The notes under the pieces were generated by a model, which was not told where the DNA came from, did not search any database, and saw only the letters and a program-made list of their open reading frames with translations. Of a stretch of DNA of 64,000 bases, positions 22,056 through 40,191 are shown piece after piece. A program made the position numbers and the translations under genes. This DNA is from the human T2T-CHM13v2.0 reference genome, Homo sapiens: assembly GCF_009914755.1 (NCBI RefSeq), contig NC_060931.1; one strand, given 5' to 3'. Positions within the stretch are counted from its first letter, which is position 1, and the number at the start of each line of letters is the position of its first letter.

Positions 22056-23010
22056 GTTCTCTTTCTCTCTCTCTCCCTTCCTTCCTTCCTCCCTCCCTCT
22101 CCCTCTATCTCTTTCTTTCTTTCTCTTTTTCTTTCTTTTTTCCCCCTCCCCTCCTCCTCCTCCTCCTCCTCCCCCTCCTCCCTTTCTTCTTTTTTTGAGA
22201 CAGACTCTCACTCTGTCGCCAGGCTGGAGTGCAGTGGCGCAATCTTGGCTCACTCACTGCAACTTCCGCCTCCCAGGTTCAAGCGATTCTCCTGCCTCAG
22301 CCTCCCCAGTAGCTGGGATTACAGGCGCGCGACACCACGCCCAGCTAATTTTGGTATTTTTAGTAGAGATGGGGTTTCTCCATGTTGGCCAGGCTGGTCT
22401 CAAACTCCTGACTTCAAGTGATCCTCCTGCCTCGGCCTCCCAAAGTGCTGGGATTACAGGCATTAGCCACCACACCCAGCCTCTTCTTTCTCTTCCTCCT
22501 CCCCCTCCTCCCCTTCCTCTTCCCCTTCCTATTCCTCTTCCTCTTCTTCCCTCCTCCTCCACCTCCTCCTTCTTCTTCATAGAGATAAAGTCTCACTATG
22601 TTGCCCAGCTGTTCCCAAACTCCTGGCCTCAAGAAATCCTCCTGCTTCGGCCTCCCAAAATCGTGTGCTGGGATTATAGGTGTGAGCCACCACACTCACA
22701 CCAGATGTTCTTTTTCTGCAAAAACCTTGGCTTTTTGATCCTTAGCTCTTCCATATAAATTTTAGAATCAGTTTACTAAGCTCTGCCCACATACAGCTAA
22801 AACATGTTGGGATCTTGATAGAAATTACAGATTAATTTTGGGAGAATTGAAATAGTGATGATATTGCATTTCCCATCCATGAACATGGAATACCTCTGTA
22901 AATTTAGACATTCTTTACTCTGACTGCCAATACAGTTTTGTTAATTTTTCCTCAAAGATCTTACATATCTTTTTTTGTCTGTTTTATACCTAGGAACTTC
23001 ATATTTTGTT
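21700..23010 (-). mobile_element. Old L1M fragment (antisense) interrupted by Alus and polypyrimidine tracts
   Basis: ttccatataaattttagaatcagttt, cccatccatgaacatggaatacctct and similar are reverse-strand L1 ORF2-type motifs. Confidence 0.65.
21968..22195. repeat. Long CT-rich polypyrimidine low-complexity tract
   Basis: Seen directly; expanded tail of an antisense Alu. Confidence 0.9.
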
Positions 23011-23769
23011 TTAGCAATTGCTTTTGGAACTTGGTTAACAGCATCGTCTTCTGTCTCACTTGAATCTGACACAGAGAGTTTTTTATGTTTTTGGTTATTT
23101 TTTGTTTTACTTTTTATTTTGAAATTAAACTGATGAAAGTTGCACAGATAACACTAAGAAACCTGTTTACCTTTTACCCAGGTTCAGCCAATATGAAGAT
23201 TGATACATATCCTCCCTCTCTCCCTGTATCTCTTTATATTTATGTCTATATATAACATATATATACACATACATATATATTTCCACGTGTGTGTGTGTGT
23301 GTGTGTGTGTCTCCACTTTTTTTTTTTTTTAGTGAGACTAAGTCTCAGTCTGTCACCCAAGCTGGAGAGCAGTGGCACAATCTCAGCTCACTGCAACCTC
23401 CACCTCCCAGGTTCAAGTGATTCTCTTGCCTCAGCCTCCTGAGTAGCTGGGATTATAGGCGTGTGCCACCACGTCAGCTAATTTTTTGTATTTTTAGTAG
23501 AGATGGGGTTTCACCATATTGGCCAGGCTGGTCTTAAACTCCTGACCTCGTGATCTGCTCGTCTCAGCCTCCCAAAGTGCTGGGATGACAGGCGTGAGCC
23601 ACTGCGCCCCGCCATTTCCACATTTTTTTGAGATGAGGTCTCACTCTATTGCCCAGGCTGGAATGCAGTAGCATGATCATGACTCACTGAAGCTTAGAAC
23701 TCCCAGGCTCAAGCAACCCAAGTAGCTAGGTTCCCAAGTAGCTAGGACTACAGCTTCCCAAGTAGCTAG

Positions 23770-24199
<430 letters not shown>

Positions 24200-24202
24200 T
24201 AG

Positions 24203-24513
<311 letters not shown>

Positions 24514-24752
24514 TGATCTGCCCACCTCGGCCTCCCAAAATGCTTGGATTACAGACATGAGCCACTACGCCCGGCCAATACTATTCCTTTCATGGCCTCT
24601 TTTTCCCACAGGGCTAAGTCCAGCATCTCAGCCTGGCACCCACAGGGTTCTGCCCCGCCCACCTCCCCGGCCTCCTAAATTGCTACTCTCACTCCCAGGG
24701 ACCTGAGGCTTCACCAGGTTACCTACCCCAACCATGGGTCCTCAGGCCCTCA

Positions 24753-26233
<1,481 letters not shown>

Positions 26234-26722
26234 TCAAAAAAAAAAAAGAATGCCCTGGTCGGGGTGAGCTGAAGCCAAGCCCCGCTTCTGCTGTGTCTCA
26301 GTATGAACTCCGGGGGATTCACCCAGGAATGAAGAACGCAGGGCCCCTTCTCCACCTCTCTTCACACAGCTGCCTCTGCCTGAACTGACCTACCCCCCGG
26401 CCTCCCATAAAATAAGGCAGAGACCCATGAGATTCCTCCTGTCTCCTAATTGATACCGCCTCCTTTTTCTCACACTTGGAATGAGCTCCTTATGTCTCAG
26501 ATCTAATCCCCCTGACTCTTCAATCAAGGGCTTTCTCCTGTGTCCCCCACAGACCTGGGACAGCTCCCTTGCCGGGCTGCGAGCTTCCTAAGGGCAGGGC
26601 CAGCAGGGGATCGGAGGGAAGCTGTGATACATTGTGGTGCACCAGGCAGGCAGCACACTCTTTGCAAACTTTTACATGAATACACATGGGGATTTACAAG
26701 CTAAAAACTTTCAAGTGGGCTG

Positions 26723-27077
26723 GGGCGGGCGCGGTGGCTCACACCTGTCATCCCAGCACTTTGGGAGGCTGAGGCAGGAGGATCACTGGAGGTCAGGACT
26801 TCAAGACCAGCCTGCCCAACATAGTGAAACCCTGTCTCTACCAAAAATACAAAAATTAGCCAGGCGCGGTGGCGCATGCCTTCCTGTAATCCCAGCTATT
26901 TGGGAGTCTGAGGCAGGAGAATCACTTGAACCTGGCTGAGAAGTGGAGGATGCAGTGAAACGAGATCATACCACTGCACTCCAGCCTGGACAACAGAGTG
27001 AGACTCTGTCTCAAAACAAAACAAAACACAACAAAAACAAACAAACCACAAACACACACACACACAGCAAAAAAAAA
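26723..27077 (+). mobile_element. Alu (S-type) in the ZP3 promoter
   Basis: Full dimeric Alu with a CA-rich tail and imperfect TSD aaaaactttcaagtgg / aaaaactttaatgtgg. Confidence 0.92.
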
Positions 27078-27091
27078 CTTTAATGTGGATA

Positions 27092-27097
27092 CACGTG
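27092..27097 (+). promoter_or_regulatory. ZP3: ZP3 promoter E-box CACGTG (candidate FIGLA/E-protein site)
   Basis: About 205 bp upstream of the TATA box. Zona genes are known to need an E-box about 200 bp upstream that is bound by FIGLA-E12. Confidence 0.7.
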
Positions 27098-27139
27098 GGG
27101 GATTTCCAAGCTAAAAACCAAATTCTGCTGTGGTCATGC

Positions 27140-27230
27140 TGGGGTGAAGGCTGAGAGTTTGCAGTTCTAACAAGCTCCCAGGTGTTACTGATGCTTCTGG
27201 ATGGAGACCACTTTATGCAACAAGGGCCCA
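27140..27230 (+). mobile_element. MER5-like remnant between the E-box and TATA of ZP3
   Basis: tttgcagttctaacaagctcccaggtgttactgatgcttctgg...gaccacttt resembles the MER5A 3' half. Confidence 0.6.
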
Positions 27231-27297
27231 GCTGGCTAGGGAAGGGAGGCAGCTGAGAAGCTGAGAGCCCAGGTGGCAGCAGCCAGCATCCCACGGG

Positions 27298-27302
27298 TAT
27301 AA
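27298..27302 (+). promoter_or_regulatory. ZP3: ZP3 TATA box (TATAA)
   Basis: 43 bp upstream of an ATG in strong Kozak context (ggtaccATGG), implying a very short 5'UTR. Confidence 0.8.
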
Positions 27303-27340
27303 GATGGCCAGAGGCGGCTGCCTGCTGCTCTGCAGGTACC

Positions 27341-27652
27341 ATGGAGCTGAGCTATAGGCTCTTCATCTGCCTCCTGCTCTGGGGTAGTACTGAGCTGTGC
27401 TACCCCCAACCCCTCTGGCTCTTGCAGGGTAGAGCCAGCCATCCTGAGACGTCCGTACAGCCCGTACTGGTGGAGTGTCAGGAGGCCACTCTGATGGTCA
27501 TGGTCAGCAAAGACCTTTTTGGCACCGGGAAGCTCATCAGGGCTGCTGACCTCACCTTGGGCCCAGAGGCCTGTGAGCCTCTGGTCTCCATGGACACAGA
27601 AGATGTGGTCAGGTTTGAGGTTGGACTCCACGAGTGTGGCAACAGCATGCAG
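27341..27652 (+). CDS. ZP3: ZP3 exon 1 ([23 protein letters not shown]...GNSMQ)
   Basis: Recognised ZP3 N-terminus; donor CAG|gtaaga. Confidence 0.98.
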
Positions 27653-28045
27653 GTAAGAGAGGCTGGGGGCCCTGGCTTTGGTGGGAGGATGTTCGAGGCA
27701 GCCGGGTATGGGGACTGTGGCCACCATCGGTGGGAGGTGGGGTTGGGTGGATCCCTCTCACTTGTAGGTGGGGAGGTGGCCCAGTTGAGGCCTGAAGCTG
27801 GCACTGAGGTCACCGGACCCAGGGCAGCTCCTGCCTCTGATGCCCGACATTGGGTCGATGGGGTGGAGCCAGAGGTGGCCGTGCACTTCAGGCTGGCCCA
27901 AGCCACGCCACTCTCTCTCAGGTGGGTTTGTGACACACACAGGCCTGGGTGATAGGATAGCCCTGTGGGTAGCCTAAGGGGCTGTTTCTAAGGCTGGGGG
28001 CATTAGGAACTCATCCTGAAGAGACCCAAAGTATACATTATCTTA

Positions 28046-28174
<129 letters not shown>

Positions 28175-28218
28175 TTAAGCCTTTAAAAAAACTAACTGGG
28201 GCCTGGTGTGGTGGCTCA

Positions 28219-28577
<359 letters not shown>

Positions 28578-29248
28578 TTAACCTGTGGTACATGCAGGAA
28601 AAGACCAAGAAATCCAGGCCAGACCTCCCTTTCCCTAGCCAGTGGGGAAACAGGCTGCAAGGAGAGGCCTTACGGCAGGGCAGGGCTGGGCACACAGCTC
28701 CCCAGCTAAACCCTGATCCCTGGACCAAGTTCCTGTGGTCCCATGGAGGGCCTGTCCTCTCCCGCCTCAGGGGAACCTGGCTCCTCCTCACCTGGGCCTA
28801 GACCCAGTAGCTTGCCTGGGATGGGGGCAAGTCCAGCCCCTGGAGCCCTCCGGCCAGAGCTCTGGTCTTCACTGTGGTCTCCTGGGCTCTCTTTGAGGAC
28901 TCGAGGCCCTTGTTTTCCTGGGGAGGGAGGCCAGAGAGCTGCAGGAGTTACTTGAGGAATTATTCCAGTTTAGAGGCTCACAAACATGTCTTAGATTTAC
29001 TTGGGGAGCCAGGTGCCTGGCTCCCCCCCCTTCTGTGAAATGGGCTTTAATAGGTTAGAAGCTGATAAGTGGTATTTTTTTGTTGTTGTTTTTGTTTTTT
29101 GAGACAGTTTTGCTCTTATTGCCCAGGCTGGAGTGCAATGGCGCCTATAATCCCAGCACTTTGGGAGGCTGAGATGGGAGGATCACTTGGGCCCGGGAGT
29201 TTAAGGCCACCCTGGGCAACATAATGAGACCCCCTTCTCTACCAAACA

Positions 29249-29249
<1 letters not shown>

Positions 29250-29308
<59 letters not shown>
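29250..29308. repeat. (CA)n microsatellite in an Alu linker, ZP3 intron 1
   Basis: Seen directly, about 29 units. Confidence 0.95.
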
Positions 29309-29313
<5 letters not shown>

Positions 29314-30981
29314 AGGGTGTGGTGGCGCCTGCCTTTAGTCTCAGCTACTTGGGAGGCTGAAGTGGGAGGATTGCTTAAACCCATGATTTGGAGGCTGCAG
29401 TGAGCTACGATTGTGCCACTGCATTCCAGCCTGGAAGGCAGAGCAAGACCCTCTTTTATTAACCCCACCTGTGGAGCTTCTAAAAATCCTGATGTCCAGG
29501 CTGCTAAAATAGAAAGGATGTGGGACCAGCTGTGGGTAATAAGGATCTCAGGTGACTCCAATGAGGAGCAAAGCCTGCAAACTCCTTCCTCTGGTGTGGT
29601 GTTTCCCAGTTTTGCCCGGTGAGAATCACCTGCGGCTGGCCGTGCGCGGTGGCTCACGCCTGTAATCCCAGCACTTTGGGAGGCCGAGGCGGGTGAATCA
29701 CGAGGTCAGGAGTTCAAGACCAGCCTGGCCACGATGGTGAAACCTCATCTCTACTAAAAATACAAAGAAGTTAGCCGGGTGTGGTGGCGGGCACCTGTAA
29801 TCCCAGCTACTCAGGAGTCTGAGGCAGAGAATTGCTTGAACCCGGGAGGCGTAGGTTGCAGTGAGTTGAGATCGTGCCACTGCACTCCAGCCTGGGCAAC
29901 AGAGTGAGACTCCGTCTCAAAAAAAAAAAAAAAAAAAAATACAGCCATGGCCAGTTTCCCAGGTATACAACCTGTGCAGTTCTGTGGGGCCCAGTGCTTA
30001 ATGGAATGCCCTCTTGCCCTGAAATGGTAATAACTTTTGAATAAGGGGCCCCACGAGCTATGCTGGTTCTGTCTGTGCTGGGGCACTTGCTAATAAGGTC
30101 TAGGACTATTCCCTGAAGATCGAGTTTGGTCAGGGCCAGGCAGCCACCTGAGCTCTTGGGCAACTTCGACCTCCTAGGCTCAAGCCATCCTCCTGCCTCA
30201 GCCTCCTGAATAGCTGGGATGGACTACAGGCACATGCCACCGTGCCCAGCCAAGTTATGTTTTTGTAGAGATGGGGTCTAGCTCTATTGCCCAGGCTGGT
30301 CGTGACTTCCTGGCCTCAAGCAATCCTCCTCCCTCCCAAAGTGCTGGGATTACAGGCATGAGCCACTGCACCCAGCCCTCAAGTAGTTTTTAAATAAGCT
30401 CCCTGAGATGAGAGGTGGGGATAGTGAGCTTAGAATAGGTGGTTGGGGGTTGAGTCATGGTGGCTCACACCTGTAATCCAGCACTTTGGGAGGCTGAGGC
30501 AGGTGGATCACCTGAGGCCAGGAGTTCGAGACCAGCCTGGCTAACATGGCGAAACCCTGTCTCTATTTAAAAAAAAAAAAAAAAGGCACGGTGGCACGTG
30601 CCTGTAATTCCAGCTACTCAGAGGCTGAAGCAGAGAATTGCTTGAACCTGGGAGGCGGAGGTTGCAGTGAGCCGAGTTCGTGCCACTGCACTCCAGCCTG
30701 GGTGACAGAGCAAGACTGCATCTCAAAAAAACAAAAGGTGGTTAGGAAGTGACTAAAGTAGGGGTTTCCAGTGCTGGCTCTATGCTAATCACCTGGAAAG
30801 GTTGTAAAAATACTGATTCTCAAGAGAATCTCATACCTTCACTCTACTGGGGTAGGGCCTAGCGTCACATTTTTCTAATATTCTAGCAAAATCTTCGAAC
30901 TTAGGTGTTTGCTATAAAACTCTCTCCCAGGCAGGCCCTGCCTTCTGCAGCCCTATTGGACGATGCAAATTTCCCCAGTAG

Positions 30982-31322
<341 letters not shown>

Positions 31323-31918
31323 TGATCTGCCCTCCTCAGCCTCCCAAAGTGCTGGGATTACGGGCGTGAGCCACAGCGCCCAGCCAGAAGCTGATAAGTG
31401 TTAACAGCTGGGCACTTCCTGACTGCTTCCTGGCGGCTATCTTGGCCCTGGGCCTCTCCTGAAAGAGGAAACTGTATGTACTGGGGGGCATGGAGGGGGA
31501 GTGTCAGAAGGGATGTGTCATGTGCCCTGATGCCTCTATTGCTTGGGTGTTACATGGTATCTGCCATGTGGTTGATCCAGTCTGCCTGTGGTGGTGTCAA
31601 TATGTGGTGTCAGGTAAAGATTCCGAGGTACAAAGACAGTACCTGTCCTGCCTCTTTCCTGACCAGTGGCAGAGCCTGTGTTCTCTTTTGTAGAGATGGG
31701 GTCTTGCTATGTTTCCCAGGCCAGTCTCAAACTCCTGGCCTCAAGCAATCCTTGGCCTCCCAAAGTGCTGGGGTTACAGGCATGAGTCACTGCACCTGGC
31801 CTTGACCCTGTGGTCTTTCTGTCCCCTTGTGGGCTGCCCTCCCTGAGCACTCATGTATGGCTTGGGAGTACCCGGGCAGGTGATGGCCGGCAGCATTAAC
31901 TTCTCACCTTTCCTCCAG

Positions 31919-32037
31919 GTAACTGACGATGCCCTGGTGTACAGCACCTTCCTGCTCCATGACCCCCGCCCCGTGGGAAACCTGTCCATCGTGAGGACTA
32001 ACCGCGCAGAGATTCCCATCGAGTGCCGCTACCCCAG
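31919..32037 (+). CDS. ZP3: ZP3 exon 2 ([40 protein letters not shown])
   Basis: tcctccag|GTAAC ... CCCAG|gtcggt; 119 nt. Confidence 0.97.
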
Positions 32038-33028
32038 GTCGGTGTGGGACTGACTCATGGCCCCTGGTGCAAAAGCCCCTTGGGTGTGGCTGCAGGCAAG
32101 TGGGCTGGCTATGGGCTACAGCTTGCAGCATGGCTATTAGAACTACCTACCGAAGCATTTGCAGCTGTGGTTACTGTACTGCGTGGGATTGTGGGGCCTG
32201 CTGAGTCTAGTTCGAGCCCCAGAAGAGTATCAGGAGCCCAACTGCAGCTTAGCGGAAGCTTCAGAGCTGCTCAGCCCTGGTGGTGGTACTATGCCAGCCT
32301 CGGCCCTTAGGGTTCAGAAATGGCCTTCCAATAGTGCTAGGCTGGGGCCAGGTGCAGTGGCTCATCCTGTAATCCTAGCACTTTGGGAGGCTGACAGGTG
32401 GATCGCTTGAGGTCAAGGAGTTCAAGACCAGTCTGGCCTACATGGTGAAACCCCATCTCTACTAAAAACACAGAAATTAGCCGGGTGTCTATAATCCCAG
32501 CTACTTGGGAGGCTGAGGCAGGAGAATTGCTTGAACCCAGGAGGCAGAGGCTGCAGTGAGCCGAGATTGCACTGCTGTACTCCATTCTGGGCAACAAAGC
32601 GATACTCCATCGCAAAAAATAATAATAAAATAGTGCTAGGCTGCGTTCTAGAATCTGACCTGGGCGGTGGTGGCCTACTCTTCTGTGGTCCTCAAGCCCC
32701 TGGCATCAAGCACGTGCCTGTGAACTCAGGCCCTGAAGTGGGAGGAGAAACTATGGCTCCCAAGGACAACACTGGGTCCTGTGCTGGCCTCAGCATGGGG
32801 TGCAGGGGACTTTGTCCCTGCCCTTGAACCAGTCTGGGAGTGGGTATAAGATGATGCGGCCAGGTATGGTGGCTCACGCCTGTAATACCAGCCCTTTGGG
32901 AGGCCAAGGTGGGCAGCTCACGAGGTAAGGAGTTCAGGACCAGCCTGGCCAACATGGTGAAACCCATCTCTACTAAAAACACAAAAAAATTAGCCGAGTG
33001 TGGTAGCGCGTGCCTGTAATCTCAGCTA

Positions 33029-33182
<154 letters not shown>

Positions 33183-34021
33183 TCAGGACATCATGAGGGA
33201 TGAGCCATGCCCCTGGGAGGGGTCATGGTAGGGGTTATCCTAGAACAGGATCCTGGAGTGGGGGACCTTGAGGCTGAGATGGCCTGGGCAGAGCCACGTG
33301 GCCACACACCCAACGGGAGGGCAGTGTGCCCTTAGTAGGTGACATGCAGCCTGGGGGCTGGAGCCCAGGGACTGGGGTAATGAGGGAGCCAGACAGATGG
33401 GCTCACCAGCCTCACCACAGGTGCCCCTCCTGGAATGGGTGAGGACTGAATCTCCACCCAGGGTCACCTGGTGGCTGGTGCTGAAGACAAATGGGAACTA
33501 GTGAGAACCAGCTGGGAGGCTGGAAAACTGGGATTCAATGAGGCCTGACCCATGGTTGCAGGGACCGTAGAGGCTGACTCGCAGGAGCTAAGAGCAATTG
33601 GAGGAGCTTGGTGCCTATGAGGGTAGGGGAGATGGAGGAGGATAGAGGAGTCAAGGGCAGGCTGCCCAGTCGGCATGAGGGACTGAAGCTGTCCTGTGAC
33701 CGTGGAAGTCTGACTTCAGTCTCTGGGCCTGACCCCTGAGGATGGTGGCTCACCTGGTCCATTGGCTGTAGGTAGTATTAGAGAGGCTGGTTGTAGGCTG
33801 GGATGCTTTAACCTGGCTCCAGATACCTGAGTCTGGTTATCAATAGATGCATCCATCACTTGGAGTAGCTTCTTCCAGCAGATCCTATGGGGTTAGCAGG
33901 GTAGGTATCTGCAGATACCCAGACCTGCTTCCATGGACTTCCCAGTCACTGGTGTGGGTCCAGGCTCTCGGTAGCATCTCAAGACCTAAGGGCCTGTCTT
34001 TGATCTCTAAAGGATGGCCTT

Positions 34022-34322
<301 letters not shown>

Positions 34323-34554
34323 TTAGCTGATTCCCCTCTCAAGCATCCTGTGGAGTACTGTGCAGGGCCTGCTATCAGACCCCAAACCTGAACCTCTAGG
34401 GCTAAAGTATGTGTGGTGGCTTTTGGTTTTTTGTTTAAAAAAAAAAAGTCTTACTCTGCCGCCCAGGCTGGAGTGCAGTGGGGTGCCATCATAGTTCACT
34501 GCAGCCTTGACCTCCTGGGCTCAAGCAATCCTCCCATCTCAGCCTCCTGAGTAG

Positions 34555-34821
<267 letters not shown>

Positions 34822-35327
34822 TGATCCGCCCGCCTCGGCCTCTCAAACTGCTGGGATTATAGGCTTGAGCCACTGTGCCTGGCCTCTTTTCTTTTTTATA
34901 GAGATAGAGTCTTGCTATGTTGTCCAGGCTGCTCTCAAACTCCTAGCCTCAGGCAATCCTCCAGTCTCCACCTCCCAAAGTGCTGGGATTACAGGCATGA
35001 GCCACCGCACTCAGGTCCAGGGCTCAAGAGGGAGCAGATCTCAGTCTAGAAACCAAACTCCTAGGTTCAGCTGTATCTGTCTTCAGCGGCCCAGATAGCA
35101 TCATAGCATCAGTTAGGATGGCTAGGCCACTCACAGGTGCAGAAGTTCAGGAGGGTGCAGGGGCAGCCTCAGGCTCAAGGTGTCTGTTCAGCCATCTCGC
35201 ACCAGCTACCTGGCTGGGCCATAGCTGAGGACCCTGTAGTGGGGTAGCAGTGAGATACTCCCCATCAGTGGGGGCCCAGGTGGGTGTGACCTGAGGCAGG
35301 TGTGCACAGCTGCTGTTCTTCTCTCAG

Positions 35328-35431
35328 GCAGGGCAATGTGAGCAGCCAGGCCATCCTGCCCACCTGGTTGCCCTTCAGGACCACGGTGTTCTCAGAGGAG
35401 AAGCTGACTTTCTCTCTGCGTCTGATGGAGG
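35328..35431 (+). CDS. ZP3: ZP3 exon 3 ([34 protein letters not shown])
   Basis: ctctcag|GCAG ... GAGG|gtaaga; 104 nt. Confidence 0.97.
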
Positions 35432-35505
35432 GTAAGAGAAGAAGGCTGGGTGGGACATCTGTGGAAAGACCTGGGCCATCTCAGACCCCTGCCCTTGGCT
35501 GTGTC

Positions 35506-36580
<1,075 letters not shown>

Positions 36581-36628
36581 TGAAAGAAGGCTGAACTTGC
36601 AACCTTCATATCCTACTGAATGGGGTCA

Positions 36629-37067
<439 letters not shown>

Positions 37068-38363
37068 TTAGCCTTCCTGGAGGCTTTCTGCAGGGGCAAA
37101 GAAAACCAGTGTGAACTTCGTAGCCAGGGTGGCTTCTTGAACTTGGTCATAGGTTAGGCTAGTGATTCTGAAGGCATCATCCTCAGCTGGAGGGCTTGTT
37201 GAAATTGATGACTGGGCCCCAACCCAGGGTTTGATTCAGGTGGTCTAGTGAAGCCTAGAATCTGCATTCTTAAGTGTTGGTTCTGCCAGTCTGGGTCCTC
37301 CCCTTGAGAACCTAAACTAGAAAACTCAAATTGACACTAAGAGGGAAGGAGAAGGAAGGAGTGAAGATGGGAACTGCCTAATGGCTGAGGTGGGGGAGGG
37401 ATGCAGTAGGAAGTGCAGGTGCCAGGACCAACATCTAGCCAGGAAGTAAGTACTGGTAAGTGGTTAGAAGTAAATTGCCTGGTGCGGTGGCTCGTGCCCA
37501 TAATCCCAGCACTTTGGGAGGCTGAGGCGGGCAGATCACGAGGTCAGGAGATTGAGACCATCCTGGTTAACACGGTGAAACCCCCTCTACTAAAAATACA
37601 AAAAATTAGCTGGGCATGATGGTGGGCACCTGTAGTCCCAGCCACTCCAGGTTCCCAGGTGCAAGTGATTCTCCTGCCTCAGTCTCCCAAGTAGCTGGGA
37701 GTACAGGTACCCGCCACCATGCCTGGCTAATTTTTTTGTATTTCTAGTAGAGACAAGGTTTTACCATGTTGTCCAGGCTGGTCCCAAACTCCTGACCTCA
37801 GGTGATCCGCCTGCCTCGGTCTCCCAAAGTGCTGGAATTACAGGCGTGAGCCACCATGCCCAGCCTCAAGTAGCTTTTAAACAAGCTCACTGAGATGAGA
37901 GGTGAGGCGGTGAGCTTAGAATAGGTGGTTAGGAAGTGATTAAAGTAGGGGTTTCCAGTGCTGGCTCTATACTAATCATCTGGAGAGGTTGTAAAAATAC
38001 TGATTGTAGAGAGTCTCATACCTTCACTCTATTGGGGTAGGGCATGGTGTCACATTTTGTAACATTAACTAAATCTTCATAGGTGTTTGCTGTAAAACTC
38101 CATGAACTTCAGTGTGCACACCATCTAGGTTCTACCACCAGCATTTTTTTTTTTTTGAGACAGTCTCACTCTGTCACCCAAGCTGGAATGCAATGGTGCG
38201 GTCTTGGCTCACTGCAACCTCTGCCTCCGGGTGCAAGCAATTCTGCCTCAGCCTCCTGAGTAGCTGGGATTGTAGGCGCCTGCCACCATGCCCGGCTAAT
38301 CCTTGTATTTCTTAGTAGAGACAGGGATTCATCATTTTGGCCAGGCTGGTCTTGAACTCTTGA

Positions 38364-38591
<228 letters not shown>

Positions 38592-39696
38592 TGAGTGCCT
38601 GTTATATTTTTAGTAGAGATGGTTTCACCATATTGGCCAGGCTGGTCTTGAATACCCGACCTCAAACGATCCACCTGCCTTGGCCTCCCAAAGTGCTGGG
38701 ATTACAGGCGTGAGCCACTGTACCCGGCCTGCTAGCATTTTACTGTTATCCTCCATCTACTGACCTACCTTATTCTACTTGGAAATGCATCAAAAGCCAC
38801 TTAAGCTCCTAGGTGACTCTAATACGCAGCCAGGCTTGCAAACCTCTGAAGCAGAGGCTCATACGTCAGGGTGGCATTAAGGGACAAAGTAGAAACTTTT
38901 CAAAGATGACATCGATGCCACTTCACCTCCTCCAGCAGCTGCCTTGTGGGAAGAGAAAGATCAACACACAGATCAGTAGGGTAGCAAAAGGGAAAAGCAT
39001 CTAATATTGATGAGATGGCCTGAAGCTCTCAGTGGTGGGCCCTGCTTCAGTGGGGCTGGGGATAAAGGAGGGCAGATTTGGGAAAAGAGTCCTGGCCCTC
39101 GGATCAGTGACCGATAGCTCCTTAGGGGAGAGGATCCTGGTTGTGGGAGGAAGTCAAGATTGACCTCAGGTGTGGCCATTTGGGAAGAAGATGGAGAGAA
39201 GTTTTCACAGAGGTGGTAGCGGTCAGCATGGGTATGGACTGAGGTGGTTTCTCAATCTCTGGGGGTTGAGGGGTAACTAAGACCAGAGAACAGTGCTGTT
39301 TAATGGAAGATAGTCTGAGCCCTTGGAGGGCTCCTCTTCAAAGGTAGGATTGATGATGCCTCAGTAGACTATGTCCCATGGCACAAAGAAGGAACAACCC
39401 TATTTCAGAGCAATAGGGTGGCTGGGCACGGTGGTTCACATCTGTAATCCCAGCACCTTGGGAGGCCGAGGTGGGAGGATCAGAGTTCAGGTGTTTAAGG
39501 CTGCAGTGAGCTATGATGGTGCTATTGCCCTCAACAGAGCAAGACCCTGTGTACTTTTTTTTTTTTTTTTTTTGGACAGAGTCTCGCTCTGTCACCCAGG
39601 CTGGAATGCAATGGCATGATCTCGGTTCACTGCAACCTCCACCTCCTTATTCAAGCCATTCTCCTGCCTCAGCCTCCCTAATAGTTGGAATTATAG

Positions 39697-40191
<495 letters not shown>

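Noticed and set aside
27653-27952. Extension of the ZP3 exon 1 ORF to 203 aa
   Set aside because: Read-through past a consensus CAG|gtaaga donor into G-rich intron.
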